From: Callorhinchus milii
Lineage: Eukaryota
Reading direction: 5' to 3'
DNA length: 64,000 nt
NCBI RefSeq assembly: GCF_018977255.1
Contig: NW_024704742.1
Span: 59,522,001 to 59,586,000, forward strand
Shown piece by piece: positions 1 to 12,760 of this stretch (position 1 is its first letter; each line of letters starts with the position of its first letter). A program made the position numbers and the translations under genes. The notes under the pieces were generated by a model. That model ran no database searches. It worked only from the letters and a program-made list of their open reading frames with translations, and was not told the origin of the DNA.

Positions 1-728
1 CAAGAAAGAGCTCCGCAGTCTTAGAGAGTTAGGCTATCTTTCAAGACCAAGAACTAAAAAGAGAAATACGTTGCCTTGGAGACATGAATCAGTTACCAAC
101 TTGCCAGGCTCAGAGGACAGTCACCTCCTTCTTTTTGCGATAGGATTACAGAGTGGTCAGACTCCAGCAGACCCAGAGGAGCAGTGAATTACATAGGTTG
201 TAGTTGTATGATGCTTCCCCACAGCAGACCAAGGATAGGGTAGAACTCTTGTGCATTTTGAGTATTATCCTTTGTTCTACTCCACTCATCTGTATGCATA
301 TCGTGAAAGATAGTGGGAAAGTAGGGCAGCTGGAGGGCAGTGGAGGTCGCATCTATTGATATATACGAGAACACAATGTATTGCTATGTGTAAACTCACC
401 AAAAAGCCTTTATATTATTGCTGCTTCAAGCACCGTCTAGCTTTCGCATCAGTCCTCTAACCCAATTCGTAACCGAGTAATTGGAGGGTCACTGTGGATA
501 AACTACAAAGTAATTATCTGATGAAGCATTTCAGGTGATATTACATCAGTCCAAATTTGAATGTTGGCATTAGATTAATAAAATCACTCCAGGCTATCTG
601 GTGATTGTAACTAATATACACTGTTCATTTTTTGGAATGATTTAATTGTTTTGGCCCCATCTTGTGCCAATGGTGGATGTTGATGCCTAAAGTATCTGTC
701 AGTGTATTCCATACGATTGCAAAAATGA

Positions 729-900
729 CAGCAACAAATTGCACTTATATAGCACCTTTCATGTCAGGAGAATATCCCAAGTTTATGTTTGTCCCCGAGC
801 TGGGGGTTGGAATCAAAAGGGGTGGAGGGCAAGGGAGTGAGGGTGAGAGGTTGACTGAAGGCACATTGAATGAGGAAGGTCTTGAGATGGGACTTGAAAC
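729..900 (-). mobile_element. L2 LINE 3'-end fragment
   Basis: Reverse complement reads ttgggatattctcctgacatgaaaggtgctatataagtgcaatttgttg, the tail seen on the longer L2 copies here, preceded by ORF2 C-terminal-like sequence. Confidence 0.75.
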
Positions 901-952
901 ACCATGTGCAATTTGGGTTTTAATGTTCCAAATGTTGCTGCAAATTTAATAA

Positions 953-2480
953 AATAACAACAACAATATTGCATTTGTATGGCGCCTTTCACATCAGGAG
1001 GACATCCCAAGGTGCTGGATAATCAATGTTTCGGATCCGAGCTGGGGGTCGGGATTGGGGAGGGTGGAGGGCAGGGGGAAAGGAGGGTGCCCGAAGTCAC
1101 GGTCAAAGAGGAAGATATTGATACGGGTCTTGAAGGAGGCAAGAGATAGGACAAGGTGGAGGGACAGTGGGATGAAGTTCCAGAGGTCGGGGCAGAGTAG
1201 GAGAAGGGCAGCCCACCGATGGTGGCAGGGGACGTGAAGCAGGCTAGAGCCCGCTGAGCAGTGGGAGTGTACAGGTTGGTAGGAGGTTAGAAGGTCACAG
1301 AGGTGGCGGGGAGCAAGGCCATGGAGGGCTTTGAAAGTGAGGACCAGGATCTTGAACTGTGTCCTCTGTATGATGGGAAGTCAGTGGAGTCGGGCAAGGA
1401 TGGGGTTGATAGGGTCGCGGAACCTGGTGTGAGTGAGGGCACAGGCTGCAAAGTTCTGGATGATCTGCAGCATATGGAGGGAGGTGTTGGGGAGGCCAAC
1501 AAGCAGAGCATTTGGTAGTCGAGCCTCGATGTTATGAATGCATGGATGAAAGTCTTGGCAGCCTGCGGTGTGAGACAGTGGCAGAGCCGGGTGATGTTGA
1601 ATAGGTGGCGGAAGGCAGAGCAGGTCATCGCATGGATGTGGGGTAGAAAGGATAGTTGAGGGTCAAACAAGACGCCAATGTTCCGGACTGATTCAAGGAC
1701 AGAACCATGAAGGTTGAGGTGAGAGGAGAGGCGGTGGAGGAGGATAGAGTGGTCAACTGTATCAATGCTAGCAGGGAGGTCAAGGAGGACAAGGAGGCAG
1801 AGAGCAAAATGTTGGTTGTCACTTTGAACAAACCTGTTTCTGTGCTGTGGGCAGTAGAAATCCAATTGGAGGGGTTCGTGAAGGGAGTGTCGGAGAGGAA
1901 GGAGTGAAGCTGGGAAGTAACAACTCATTCCACGACCTTGGAAAGGAAAGGGAGGTTGGAGATGGGATGGTAGTTTGAGAGTAGGGATGGGTCCAGGGAG
2001 GCTTTTTTTAAGGATAGGAGTGATGACTTCTATGAGTGATGACTCTTGAGGTGTCCTGTTGCTCATTGGTTAGAGCACTAGCCTGACAAGCGAAAGACCT
2101 GGGTTTGATTCCCGGCAGAACCTTGGGCAAATCCCCCCCCAAAAAAAAATAATAACTTGGTCACTTCAATCCATGACTGTTTGTGGGACACTGCTGTGCA
2201 CAATTGGCTGCCGCATTTTGCCCACAAATATACAGACAATTCACTTTACAGTTTATTCTGTGAAGCGCTTTGAGACATCTAGAAGACGTGAAAAGCGCTA
2301 TATCAAATGCAAGAATTATTATTATTATTATTATTATATTATTATATGATGGCTGTTTTTATAGGGGAGGAAATGGTGTCAGTGGACAGGGAGAGATGTA
2401 TGATATCTGTGAGTAGGGTGGAAGGAAGTGGAGCTGGAAGGTAAGGAGAGGGGTAGGAATTGGGTCGAGGGAGCACGTGG
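953..2480 (-). mobile_element. 5'-truncated, internally deleted L2 LINE (RT region to 3' tail), interrupted by a SINE at ~2050-2345
   Basis: ORF 1287..2066 has L2 RT motifs ([48 protein letters not shown]). (TTG)n tail at ~953-966. L2 sequence resumes at ~2346 after the SINE. Confidence 0.92.
2050..2345 (+). mobile_element. tRNA-headed SINE with L2-type tail, nested in L2
   Basis: Head gtcctgttgctcattggttagagcac...gggtttgattccc (A/B boxes), body tgtttgtgggacactgctgtgcacaattggctgcc, tail gaagcgctttgagacatctagaagacgtgaaaagcgctatatcaaatgcaag(ATT)n. Confidence 0.9.
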
Positions 2481-3037
2481 TCAGTTTCACGTGTTAGTTG
2501 ATCGTTGATAATTGACAGTTGATCACTAGGAATTTCTGTAACAAGAAATTCTATAGCTGGTGTATATTTTTTACAATAGTAGCAGAAAATGGTTATAAAA
2601 TAGCAAGCAAATAACTGCTCATATCTATTGATTTATTACATTTCAGGTAATGAAATAATCAATCTGTAGTTGCAGCTAATGATCAGTAAACATATTATAT
2701 TAATCTATAGTTGAGAAACATATTATATACTGCAAAATTACAATTTGCAACAAACATTTGTATTATTCAGGAATCGGAACAGATGCTAGGGCTGACAGAT
2801 GCTATGAGTCACTAATGATGTAAATGTACTAAAAATGTTTATTTTTTCAAATTTGTTAATCCTTTATGTGTTTGCCCATATGTTCCTTCAGCTATCTGTT
2901 GATGAAAACAAAGTTGTTCCCTCCTACTGTGCTGTACACACTGTACTTATCACAATGAGCGATGATAGCTTTGAGAAGTGGGTGTTTTCCACTTTGCATT
3001 TGATAGGCTTGAAATTCGGGCTACTTTTAATCAATAA

Positions 3038-3212
3038 AAACATGTTGTCTCAAATGTTTAAAATTGTGCAGAATCATGGAAAATCCTTAAACCCAGACTA
3101 AATAAAAAAAATTGTTTTTCTCAGTCTTTGAAAAGAACTATCTTCCAAATTAAAATGGATTTAAGGTTGTTTTCAACAATTCTATGAAATCTTAAAATTT
3201 AAGATAGAATTG
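3038..3212. mobile_element. Old palindromic MITE-like element (copy 1 of 3)
   Basis: Imperfect inverted arms tttaaaattgtgcagaatcatggaaaatccttaaa / tttaaggttgttttcaacaattctatgaaatcttaaaa; similar to 47962-48140 and 54970-55150. Confidence 0.5.
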
Positions 3213-3849
3213 ACCTATTGGCTAATGCTAGGTGAAATATTGGGTCTGACGAAAGCAATGAGGACTCTTATGTCACGTGTAGCATAAATTAATTTCAATA
3301 CAAGTTTCTCTTACAGAAGCAAGATTATTAGAGTCCACATCCACTGTTCATAATTCTGTACAAACTTTTGAATCAAAACATCTACAAGTGAGGTGAGATG
3401 AAAATGCTCCAAAAAATAATTTTGTTTTTGGCACTGCAACATTTTCTGACTTGTACAAAGGATGGTAAACTGTGCCAATGCACCAGACTCTGACATTTCA
3501 TTCAGATAGTGTGAGCACAGTTCTAGCCGTGGGCCTGCCAAAACCAAAGTTACTGGAGCTCATGAAAAAATTAACACACAATAGCAGAATGAATGATTTG
3601 AGCCAGTGCACAATCCTTCAGAGACTCTGTACACATTCCTTTCACTGACTCCTGTTAACCAGTACACATTCCTTCCACTGATTCATGTTAACCTTGCTAG
3701 CCAAAGCCCCAATGGTGCCCTTAACAAGACAGGCAATGGGGAAGCTTGCCAGACATTGCTATCAATGGCAAGCTATGTGTGAATGAAATGTTTTTTTCTT
3801 GCTCCAATAGTTCCTTAGTTTCAACTGTTTTCCGCCACAGTATTTTATT

Positions 3850-4170
3850 TTTGGTCAGCCAGGTATCTGACACACGCGGAAACCCATCACTGTGCTTAAA
3901 AATATCAAACCACACTGATAGTTCCACATGTTTGTGTCATCTACATATGGATATTTCCCTGAGTTTGGAGTGTAATTTGCCCTCTCTCCCTGGTGGGCTA
4001 TGTCCTGCTTACCTAATTCTGGAGAGTATTTTGGGCAGGTTCTCGAGAGCCAATCCTTGGCGACCCTAGAGTGTGCATTAGGATATTGCTTGATTTATCC
4101 ATTTAAAACCAAATAGCTTGCCATTCATAGCAATGTCTGCCAAGTTTCCCGATGCTTGCCACCCACTAAC
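3850..4170 (-). mobile_element. Unclassified ~560-bp SINE-like family, 3' half
   Basis: ttttggtcagccaggtatctgacacacgcggaaacccatcactgtgcttaa matches the end of the copies at 9385, 34763 and 37309. Confidence 0.75.
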
Positions 4171-5024
4171 CTACCCACACACACCCAGAAGGTAGTTTGT
4201 ATTGTGACTACAGTATGAGATGTTATGCCTGAAGAAAAGATACATCTTAATCTACCTTTTGTGTCAGACAAAAAACCTTGATTCTGTGATGGGCGATGAG
4301 ACAATGATAGGGTGGGTGTTCTAAGGGATGAAATCATATGGGTTGAATGGCCTTCTTTATCCAAACCAATCTCCTAATGTTTTAATTTTGTGCATATTTG
4401 ACCCCTGGTTCTAGGACATCATTCTTGAAGCTTTGCTTATACTTGTTTATTGGCTAATTTCTATTGTAATGAATGGGGCAGAGCTACAGTGGTACTACAG
4501 AGCTACAGTCAATCAGTGGATGATAATAAAAAAATACTGGGCAGCTTGAATGGATCAGAAGGATATATAAACCACTTGGAATCACAGTTCATGCATCAAA
4601 TGTAGTTCATAAGAAACAGCATCCTCCTTTGTGGTAGGAAATCGGACTCTAATGAGACTTGCTACTATTATTTTGAGGTGAGTAAGAATACAGCATGTGT
4701 ATTGGATGAGTAATTTATTAGCGTCTGAACCAGACAATAGGGAAAAAGTAAATATTGCAATGATTTGTATGCAGCTCAGATCCAGCTGATTTGGATGGAA
4801 TACTGGCTTGATGTGTAAATGTAGCTCAGCGCATTATAGAGTTTTATCAATTTTAAATGTGCCTTCCAAATCTCAATGTGCTGACAGTACTGTCATCAGT
4901 TCCATCTGCCTGCAATGCAGGCAGAGATGTAATGCCTCTTGCACTATTTTTTGCAGTATCCTTTGATTTCAACAGGACACAACAGGATTCGACAGAGAAA
5001 TTAGAATGGCACCGAATTCCTCAC

Positions 5025-5037
5025 CTGGATTAAAAGT
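5025..5037 (-). other. Candidate 13-nt microexon (ACTTTTAATCCAG) of an unidentified minus-strand transcript
   Basis: Minus strand: long pyrimidine tract tgtcttctttgtttccttctgtcttctttttttctggcatctgtgtcctcgcag | ACTTTTAATCCAG | gtgagg; no upstream AG for about 100 nt. Confidence 0.45.
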
Positions 5038-6292
5038 CTGCGAGGACACAGATGCCAGAAAAAAAAGAAGACAGAAGGAAACAAAGAAGACACAACCACG
5101 AAAGAGAGTAAAATGTTTTACATAAATAAATATTTTTGAAAGCTACCCATCCCTATGATAAAGAAGTATTACAACAATTCCACTCCTATTTTTAGATCTT
5201 GGGGTAAAATTGTAACATTGTAAAACTTGTTCCCTTATTTTGCAGTTTCCCTTTTGGTTAAAAGTCTGACAGTCATGTAGGTAGATGACAGTCTAAATCT
5301 GACAGTTTTAGAAGGCATGCATGCATGAAGATGTGACTTGTAGATTGAATAATACAATGATAACAGCAGTGTGTATTTTTGTAGCGCCTCTGGCACATGG
5401 CACGAATTAAATGGAAACACAATAATATGTAACAACAACAACTTGCATTTAAATAGTGGCTTCACATGGGGTCGTGTCTCTGAGTAATGCCACTATTCCC
5501 ATTGGAATAAATGAATAATACTGGCTGCTAACAATGTCAACAATGGCAATATTTATATTCTGTATTACAAAAAGTGAGACCTCAAAATGATTAGCTAATC
5601 TACCACAAAAAATGAATAAATGCCAATTTAATATACACTAAATAGTTCACTAGTTGTGAAAGACTCTAATAATGCAATAGTTGAATTCATACTGGATATT
5701 GGGCCCTATTTTCAACATTCTGATACTATTCAACTAATAGCACTATTGTTTAGTTTCAATATTCACTTCCAGTGTGAAAACTTCTAGCTATGATTAATCT
5801 GGTAACTTTTTGGGAACCGTCACTACAGGGTTCCCCAGCATTGTATTGAAGTGTCAGCCTAAACGAAAAACTCAAAGGCCTGATGTGGGCTTGAACCCAC
5901 AACTTTCTGACTCACAGGTGAGAGTGTTTAAAATATGTAATATGTATTAACATGTAAACTCTCTCTCTCTCACTGTAGAAACGAAAAAGAATGAGTCTGA
6001 GAAGCCAGTCTTTGTTGTAACCATTCAAGGATCCTTAAGAGGATTATGCATTATTTGGAAGATAAGGGCATTCTTGAGCATCAGTCTTAATAATGATTAT
6101 ATTTTGAATTAATTTAAGAACAAAATATTGAAATGGAACACGGTTAGTGGACATTATAACGTCCTTTATCTGAAAGAACACAGTTCCATGCAGGATTCAT
6201 CAAAGCTAAGCATTATTTGCCTACAAAATATACAATAATTACTTTTTAAAGTAATTTTGTGAAGTGTTGTGAGACATCCTTAAGACATGTTT

Positions 6293-6440
6293 GTTAGGTC
6301 AGGAAATTAAGGGATATGGGGCAAGGGTGGGTAACTGAACTTGAGGTACAGATCAGCCTTAATCTTATAAAATGGCGGAACAGGCTCGAGGGGCTGAATA
6401 GCCTACTCCTGTTTCTATGTTTCTAAGTTTCTAGTTTCTA
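6293..6440 (+). mobile_element. CR1 LINE 3' end inserted in a SINE tail
   Basis: aagggatatggggc...acagatcagcc...aatggcggaacaggctcgaggggctgaatagcctactcctgtt followed by (tttctatg)-like repeats; the SINE/L2 tail is split around it (6259-6280 and 6443-6490). Confidence 0.8.
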
Positions 6441-7926
6441 ACCTCCTGACATGAAAGGTGCTGTATCAAATGTAAGATTTATTCTAGGATTACTATTTGC
6501 AGTTTTCTCTGAGCCATGGATTTCAGTAGATGAAAGCACTGTGCATGTCATAAGATGGTGATTATAGTTGTTTTACACTGTAACTAATCAATATTTAACA
6601 CCCACATAAATCTATTAATTTGATTATTTCCTGAAAGCTTGTGGTAAACAAATACTTCATCAAACTGGCATTACAAAGCTTTGGAGAATACCCACATTAT
6701 TTGCAGTTAATAAATAACTTTCGGAAACTTTGGAATCATTTTGATGAGGTATGTGTATTGGCACAAACAGATCTTTCCTTGCACTTGACAACATAGCTAT
6801 GCATAGCAAATTCTAAGAGCTGACTTGTTCCATGACCCCATGGGATCCCATCACAAGCCACAATCGTCTAGAGAAAAAACACAGGATTCCACTCTGTAAT
6901 AATTTTGAAAGTAAATGACTCAGATCATGGTTGAAACTGGGTACTATCCATACTATTATAAATGGTTCCTTGTTAGACGTTGGCAGGCATTTAGCTGTGG
7001 ATGTAAGAATGTGGCTGTCATTTCCAATAACTGCACTTTTTTGCTCTTATCTGAGCAAATGTTCGCCAATCCCATATTAAGGACAATAAGAAAGATTGAC
7101 TTGGGTTAAGGTAAGGGACATTGGGTTCTGGTAAGATACCTTTCTGTACATCTCAGGGGATGGTTGCTCCTTAATACTCAAACTCATTAATGGATCTACA
7201 ATAGCAGCAAAGCAAAATAAGCTCCAGCCTTAGATGCTGACATTGGAATGATATCAAATTAATCCCCATTGAAAAACAGTATGAAAAGTTCATATAAAAG
7301 TTCAAATAAACCATTTGATTTATAAACCATTTCAGTTGATTTTATCTGTAAGAGTTATTGTAAGAAAGTTGACAAATCACAGTCAACTCATCGGCTGTCC
7401 ATTAACTGTTTGTTTATACTGATATAGAATAACACTTAATATGTGGGCAGGTCTAGCTAAGATCATTTGTCTATAAGGTAACATTGCCTACCCCTGGGTA
7501 ATAACTCAACTCAAAACACAAACACGATTACCAAAGCCCACTCCCTCCTATTGAAATTCTGTTAAAACTGTGGCTGAGCACTGCAGAAGTTGTGAAATGT
7601 GATTGAAAAAGTAAATTTTAAAAATACTTTTAAATATGCCAAGAAAGCAGTCCTAGATGGTACAGGTTCAAGAATGTAAAGGGTAATTTTGAGAAAAACA
7701 TTGGAAGTATTGTATTTCTTTCCACAGAAGGTAAAGAACAGCCAGAATGGAATTCTTGGACGTGTCGTTGAGGCAAAGACTCATTTTTTAAAAATCATTT
7801 TATGCACTTCATGAGTGTTCATGGATCATTACTATCAGCAAATTAGTTGTCACATTCACTGACCAATACACAGTCACTATACTTTGCAGTAAATTCAATG
7901 AAGTACTTTGAGATGTGTTATTTTGT

Positions 7927-8127
7927 GGTGAAACACGGCAGCCAATTGTGCACAGCAGTGTCCCACAAACAGTTGTGGATTTAATTGTTAATATTTAAAA
8001 TTTATTTTGAAGGGATTATTATCCCCGGAAAAGCGATCTACCAACTGACTAACAACTGGGTTACTAGTAGGTAAACAGAGGCGTGTGGAGTAAGAAAACT
8101 TGGCCAACATTTCGTCCTGCCAGGAAT
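7927..8127 (-). mobile_element. tRNA-headed SINE, internal fragment
   Basis: cggcagccaattgtgcacagcagtgtcccacaaacag and gtgtggagtaagaaaacttggccaacatttcgtcctgcc match other copies. Confidence 0.8.
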
Positions 8128-9384
8128 TCTTTGGGACACAGTCACAAATGATGAAAAAATTCTCACTCATTATTGTGTTGATAATGTGTAAATATTATTG
8201 TTATTTACACTCATCAATAACATAATTTCTATATCCGTTACCAACCTCTACCAAAAACATTTCTGAAAACATTCTTGACATGACAAGAAAATACTTTGTG
8301 TCTTAAACCAACGAAACGTCATTCCTAGACAAAAATCCAGATTATAGTCAGTATAGCCAAATTTAGAAAACAGCCCCTGGTGGCAATACAGAGTAGTTTT
8401 GCCCGTCAATTCCATGGTCCTGGGAATTAGTTTCTAGCTGTGTCAGTGGGCCAGCCACCAGGTATGATTTATTAGACTCAAAGTGAATACGATAGAATAG
8501 CAATTAAACTATCAGAAGCAACAAAAGATTTCCCATCAAGACCTGATGATGAAACTGTTCACTGATCCTGAAACGGAAACAATATTTCTTTCCTCAACAA
8601 ACTACAAATGACCAGCCCATCAATGAAAGCCGAATTATTGCAGAATTGAAAATTTAGTGGTGGAAAGTAGGTCTCACTTTGCAGAAGGACTTGTAACCAA
8701 TAAATTCTTCAGGTACCCAATATGGGGCTCAAACCGAACTTCTAGACTGCACTAGATCTCAGTTTGAACTTTCTTAAAGCCAGATGATAGCCAAACCTCC
8801 CCCATTACCTGTAGCACTGGAACTTGATGTTTCATCTTCAGAAAATACAGTTAGTTCGTACTAATACTACTGAAATCTCCAGATCCAACCATTGCTTTTC
8901 ACCTTAGTGAACCCCCACACCCACTCTGGCACAATAGTTTGACCCAAAATTACTTCCAAAATTCAACAAATTTATTTGGTCTCCTAATAATCCTAAATTC
9001 TTTTTATTCTCAGGAATGTAGTGAAGTACATTTTGTGAAACCTTTTATATTTTTATATTTATTTAATCTCCCATACTGTTCTTTGTTCCACCCCTTATAA
9101 TGCTAGTTTGTTCCTTGTGCCTTTCTCCCATTTACTGAAGCCTTTCTCTATACCTTCTCATTCTTTTATGCTTTCCTTATTTTGAAGTTTGGATCAGACC
9201 CGGACCATATCCGCTAAGTGGCACTGAAGTGATGATCACAGAGTTCTGTGGTCATCGTAAGTATGGTAACATAATTTAGACTTTGGAAGGTGTGTTCACA
9301 CTCAAACCAATCAATAATTTAAAAAAATTTCAACCACAATTTCAGCAATTTCATAATAAGCACTGGGGGATTTTTTTGTGGGGG

Positions 9385-9945
9385 GATGTCTGACACATGT
9401 GGAAACTCATCCCCATGCTTAAGAGTACCCAAACCAAACTGTGAATTCCATGCATCCCTCCCACACATGGAAATCCCAGAGATAGATTGTAGAATTGAAT
9501 GCACACACTCTCCCTGGAGGGACGCAACCTGCTTACCTAATTTTGGATTAAGAAAGCAGATTAGCAAGAGCCAAGGTTGGGAACCCCAGAGTGTGCTTTG
9601 GTGTACTACTGAAGTCTAACCAGCTAAAACCCCATAGCTTGCTATTGGTATTGCTGTCCTGCTGCTTGTTCAGCTAGGACCATTAGGGATTTGATTTACA
9701 GTGTTAAAAGGAGATGAGTGGGATGACTCGCTGCCCTCAATGACTCGTCAGCCCTTCCAGGTCCTGCCAATGAGCCAGGCTGGCTTTTCTGTCATCATTA
9801 GTGCTCTGGAATACTGCAGATCTGCCTGGCCCAGGAACCAAACTACTGATACCAGCTCAGAGGGCTGGCTCGATTCTGACATTCCATTGCCAGGCATATC
9901 AACTTAGAGCCAGTTGAGCTCCAAGGAGACCCCGCAACTCCCATG
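9385..9945 (-). mobile_element. Unclassified ~560-bp SINE-like family, near full length
   Basis: Colinear with 34763-35345 and 37309-37862, from tgtctgacacatgtggaaac to cagttgagctccaaggagac. Confidence 0.8.
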
Positions 9946-10016
9946 CAACTCATGATAATTATTGCACTGTTTACTCCACAGTAAGTTTCAGACAGAAGGA
10001 GCAAATTGGTTTCTCC

Positions 10017-10145
10017 TTACTGCTAGGTAAACAGAGGGGTGTGGAGTAAGGAAACTTGCCTAAGATTTTGCTCTGCCCGGGTTTCGAACCTGAGTCCTCT
10101 CGCTTGCGAGACAAGTGCTTTAACCAATACAATCTGGGACACTCT
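10017..10145 (-). mobile_element. tRNA-headed SINE 5' fragment
   Basis: gtggagtaaggaaacttgcc...gggtttcgaacctgagtcctctcgcttgcgagacaagtgctttaacca (B box and tRNA-like head, reverse strand). Confidence 0.8.
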
Positions 10146-10964
10146 GCAAATGCCTAAGTGCTCTGGGATGCTTCCTTATGAGAGGTGTGCTATATAAATG
10201 CAAGTTGTTGTTGTTGTACACTACAGGACTCTACCCCAGGGTAATAGGATTTCCCTAAGGTGAGAAGAGATGCAAATCCATTGATAAAAGCCAGGAGTTG
10301 TTATTATTTGTAACATCTCATTACCAATATTGCTTCAGTTCCCAACTTTTGATAAGTGGGAATTGGAAACATTCTACTGTGAAATTGAGAAATGCATGAG
10401 AAATAGTCTTATAATTACCAACTGCCATCTCTGTCATTTTACTAAGCAGTAAAAATACAATGCAGTAAAATTCTCACTACTGTAGTATTTTAAATTCGAG
10501 TAGTCAAAATTATATTTGTCTGATATATTAAACCTGAAACACGGTAATGAATTTTGCAATGCTTCATAAATTTTAAATGAAATCCTGTATGAAAAGTGAT
10601 TATTGCCCTTCACTTCAAAACTATTTCAAAGAGTATCATTCATTAACTAACTCTGCAAGTATTTTTTTACAGCCCTGCAATATCTTACATATGTCATAAA
10701 AAGTGAATTTTTTTGTTGGTGAATAGAACACAATCATTTATTTTAAAACTGCTATTAATATTTAAAAATCTGATGGTAGCATAAATTAATAAAAATTTAC
10801 GGAAGTTATTTGCACCATATTTTACGTACCATTACCCGTAATGCTGTGCCAGTTCCATCATTCCATCTGTTGGCTTCCTAAAACATACTGTAACTATTGG
10901 CCAGTAGCATTAAGCAACTGGGTGACTGACTCTCAGCCAGAAGATCTTTGTATTTGCAACCCTA

Positions 10965-11182
10965 GATAATAATCCCTCCAAAAACAACAAAAATAAATAA
11001 TGAATGGGTCATTTTCAATCCATGACTGTTTGTGGGACACTGCTGTGCGCAATTGGCTGCAGTGTTTCGCCCACAAATATACAGTCAATTCACTTTACAG
11101 CATTGACTGTGAAGCGCTTTGAGACATCTAGAAGACGTGAAAAGCACTATATCAAATACAAGGATTATTATTATTATTATTA
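10965..11182 (+). mobile_element. tRNA-headed SINE 3' half
   Basis: Body and tail closely match the 2050 copy; ends in (ATT)n. Confidence 0.88.
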
Positions 11183-11269
11183 ACCCTAGAGTCATTTATC
11201 ATTTAACTCATCTACCTGTGAGATGGACATGTTTGAAGGTCATAAAGGAAGGAACTGCGTTCCTTTGTA

Positions 11270-11712
11270 AACCTCATCCCACTCATCCTCACCTGGATAC
11301 ACTGTCTCCTCATTTCCCAGAGGGTAGAACCAATATCCTCATCCTCGCTTTCAAAGCCCTCCACAGCCTTGCTCCTCCCTTCCTAACCTTTAGCCTTTCT
11401 GCCCCCACTGTTTATAACTCCATCCCACAGTCTCTTTGCCTCACGCCCTCCCTTGCCTTCTTCAAGCCCTCTCTCAATATCTTCCTCTTCGACCGTGCAT
11501 TCGGCCACTCTCCTACCCCTTCCCTCCTTGCACTGCCCCCCACCCCCAACCGATCCCAAACCCCTACTCGGGTCCAAATCTGTGACTAACCAGACCTTAG
11601 GATATCCTCCCACCATGCCTTCTGTCACCCTCCTATTCTCACCTTCCCTGCCTTCCACCCCTCCTGATCTGCTAGGGTGCAAATCTTTGACTGTCCAGTG
11701 TCTTGGGACACA
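11270..11712 (+). mobile_element. L2 3' fragments (deleted or rearranged)
   Basis: ORF 11119..11589 contains ILILAFKALHSLAPP and FLFDRAF, L2 ORF2 C-terminal motifs. Confidence 0.8.
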
Positions 11713-12294
11713 TCACATCCCGAGCACTGCATTGGTGTGTCAGCCTAGCCTTATGAGATCAAAGTCATGATGTAGGGCTTCAATCAACAGTCTTCTGAAC
11801 CAGAGGTGAGAATGCAACCAACAGAGCCAGCCTGACATCTAATTATACGAAATACGTGAATTATAATTACTCATATTAAATTGTGGACCTCTGGGTGAAA
11901 CAGTTATATTGAAGCACTGAAGCTATCTCTTGGCACACACCAATTCAGCTTGGTGCCCAGACCAAACCCCACAACACTGAATAGTTCTTCCCAGCTCTCA
12001 GAAGAAAGCTGTGGTAAACAACTAATCTGAGAACAATCTGCAGGCACATCTAGACTTCTACTGGAGGCTCCCATTTTTCGTCTGTTGGCAGTGATTTCAG
12101 ATTTAACATGAACATATGCTGAAGCCAATCTTTTCCTGTGTACTGTGTCAGGTGCTAAATTGATGTCTTCCTGCCAGCTCCTGATTGATCATCTGGGAGG
12201 AAGCAAACTGCTTTGCCACCTCAGGGGAAATCCGTTGAGTTCAGATTCCCAGGCATCATACCCAAGCTATTAAAGAGCTCTGATGAGGCTGCAC

Positions 12295-12760
12295 TGAGAG
12301 TACTGCATACGGTCCTGGTAACCATGACATAAGGGGGAATCATAAGGGGCCTTAGAGGCAATGTGGAGGAAAGCAATGAGGATGATTCCCAGTGTTAGTG
12401 GAATGAACTATGACCAATGATTAGACAACATAGGCTCTTCAGTCTTTACAGAAGGCATTCAGAGGGGACCTTATTGAGGCATATGACATTTTAATGGGGA
12501 CTGAAAAAGTAAACCCAGAACAATACTTTGGAATGCACCAACACAATAGAACAAAAGGACACAGATTTAAAGTTGTAAAGCGCAATTTCAGATACAAAGA
12601 TAATTTTATTTTAGTGGAACAAGTTGCCAGGAAGGATGGTTGAAGACTGGATTCATTTAAAAACAGCTTGATGTGAAGATGGTATTCTGAAAGATTTGAT
12701 CAGATGGGCCAAAGGGTCTTCCACAACCAAACCAATTTTATTATCTTGTAATCTTGTGAC
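12295..12760 (+). mobile_element. CR1 LINE 3' fragment (ORF2 C-terminus and 3' UTR)
   Basis: Degenerate EYC..W.P, RGDLIEAY.IL.G.EKV.P, TKGHRFK motifs, then gatcagatgggccaaagggtctt and an (atcttgt)-repeat tail. Confidence 0.82.

Noticed and set aside
1287..2066. Longest ORF (259 aa) as a host gene
   Set aside because: It is a mixed-frame read-through of a deleted L2 RT that starts in the adjacent SINE.
2892..2977. Plus-strand exon candidate (LSVDENKVVPSYCAVHTVLITMSDDSFE)
   Set aside because: Plausible splice sites, but no recognisable homology, and its phase does not fit the next candidate near 3317.
3629..3693. Two-unit 33-bp tandem repeat
   Set aside because: Real but an ordinary slippage-type duplication with no further structure.
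8370..8390. CTCF-like cagcccctggtggca
   Set aside because: Misfits core positions in either orientation.
8540..8600. CTGATGA...GAAAC hammerhead-like words
   Set aside because: No convincing helix II between the motifs; at most a very decayed Penelope end.
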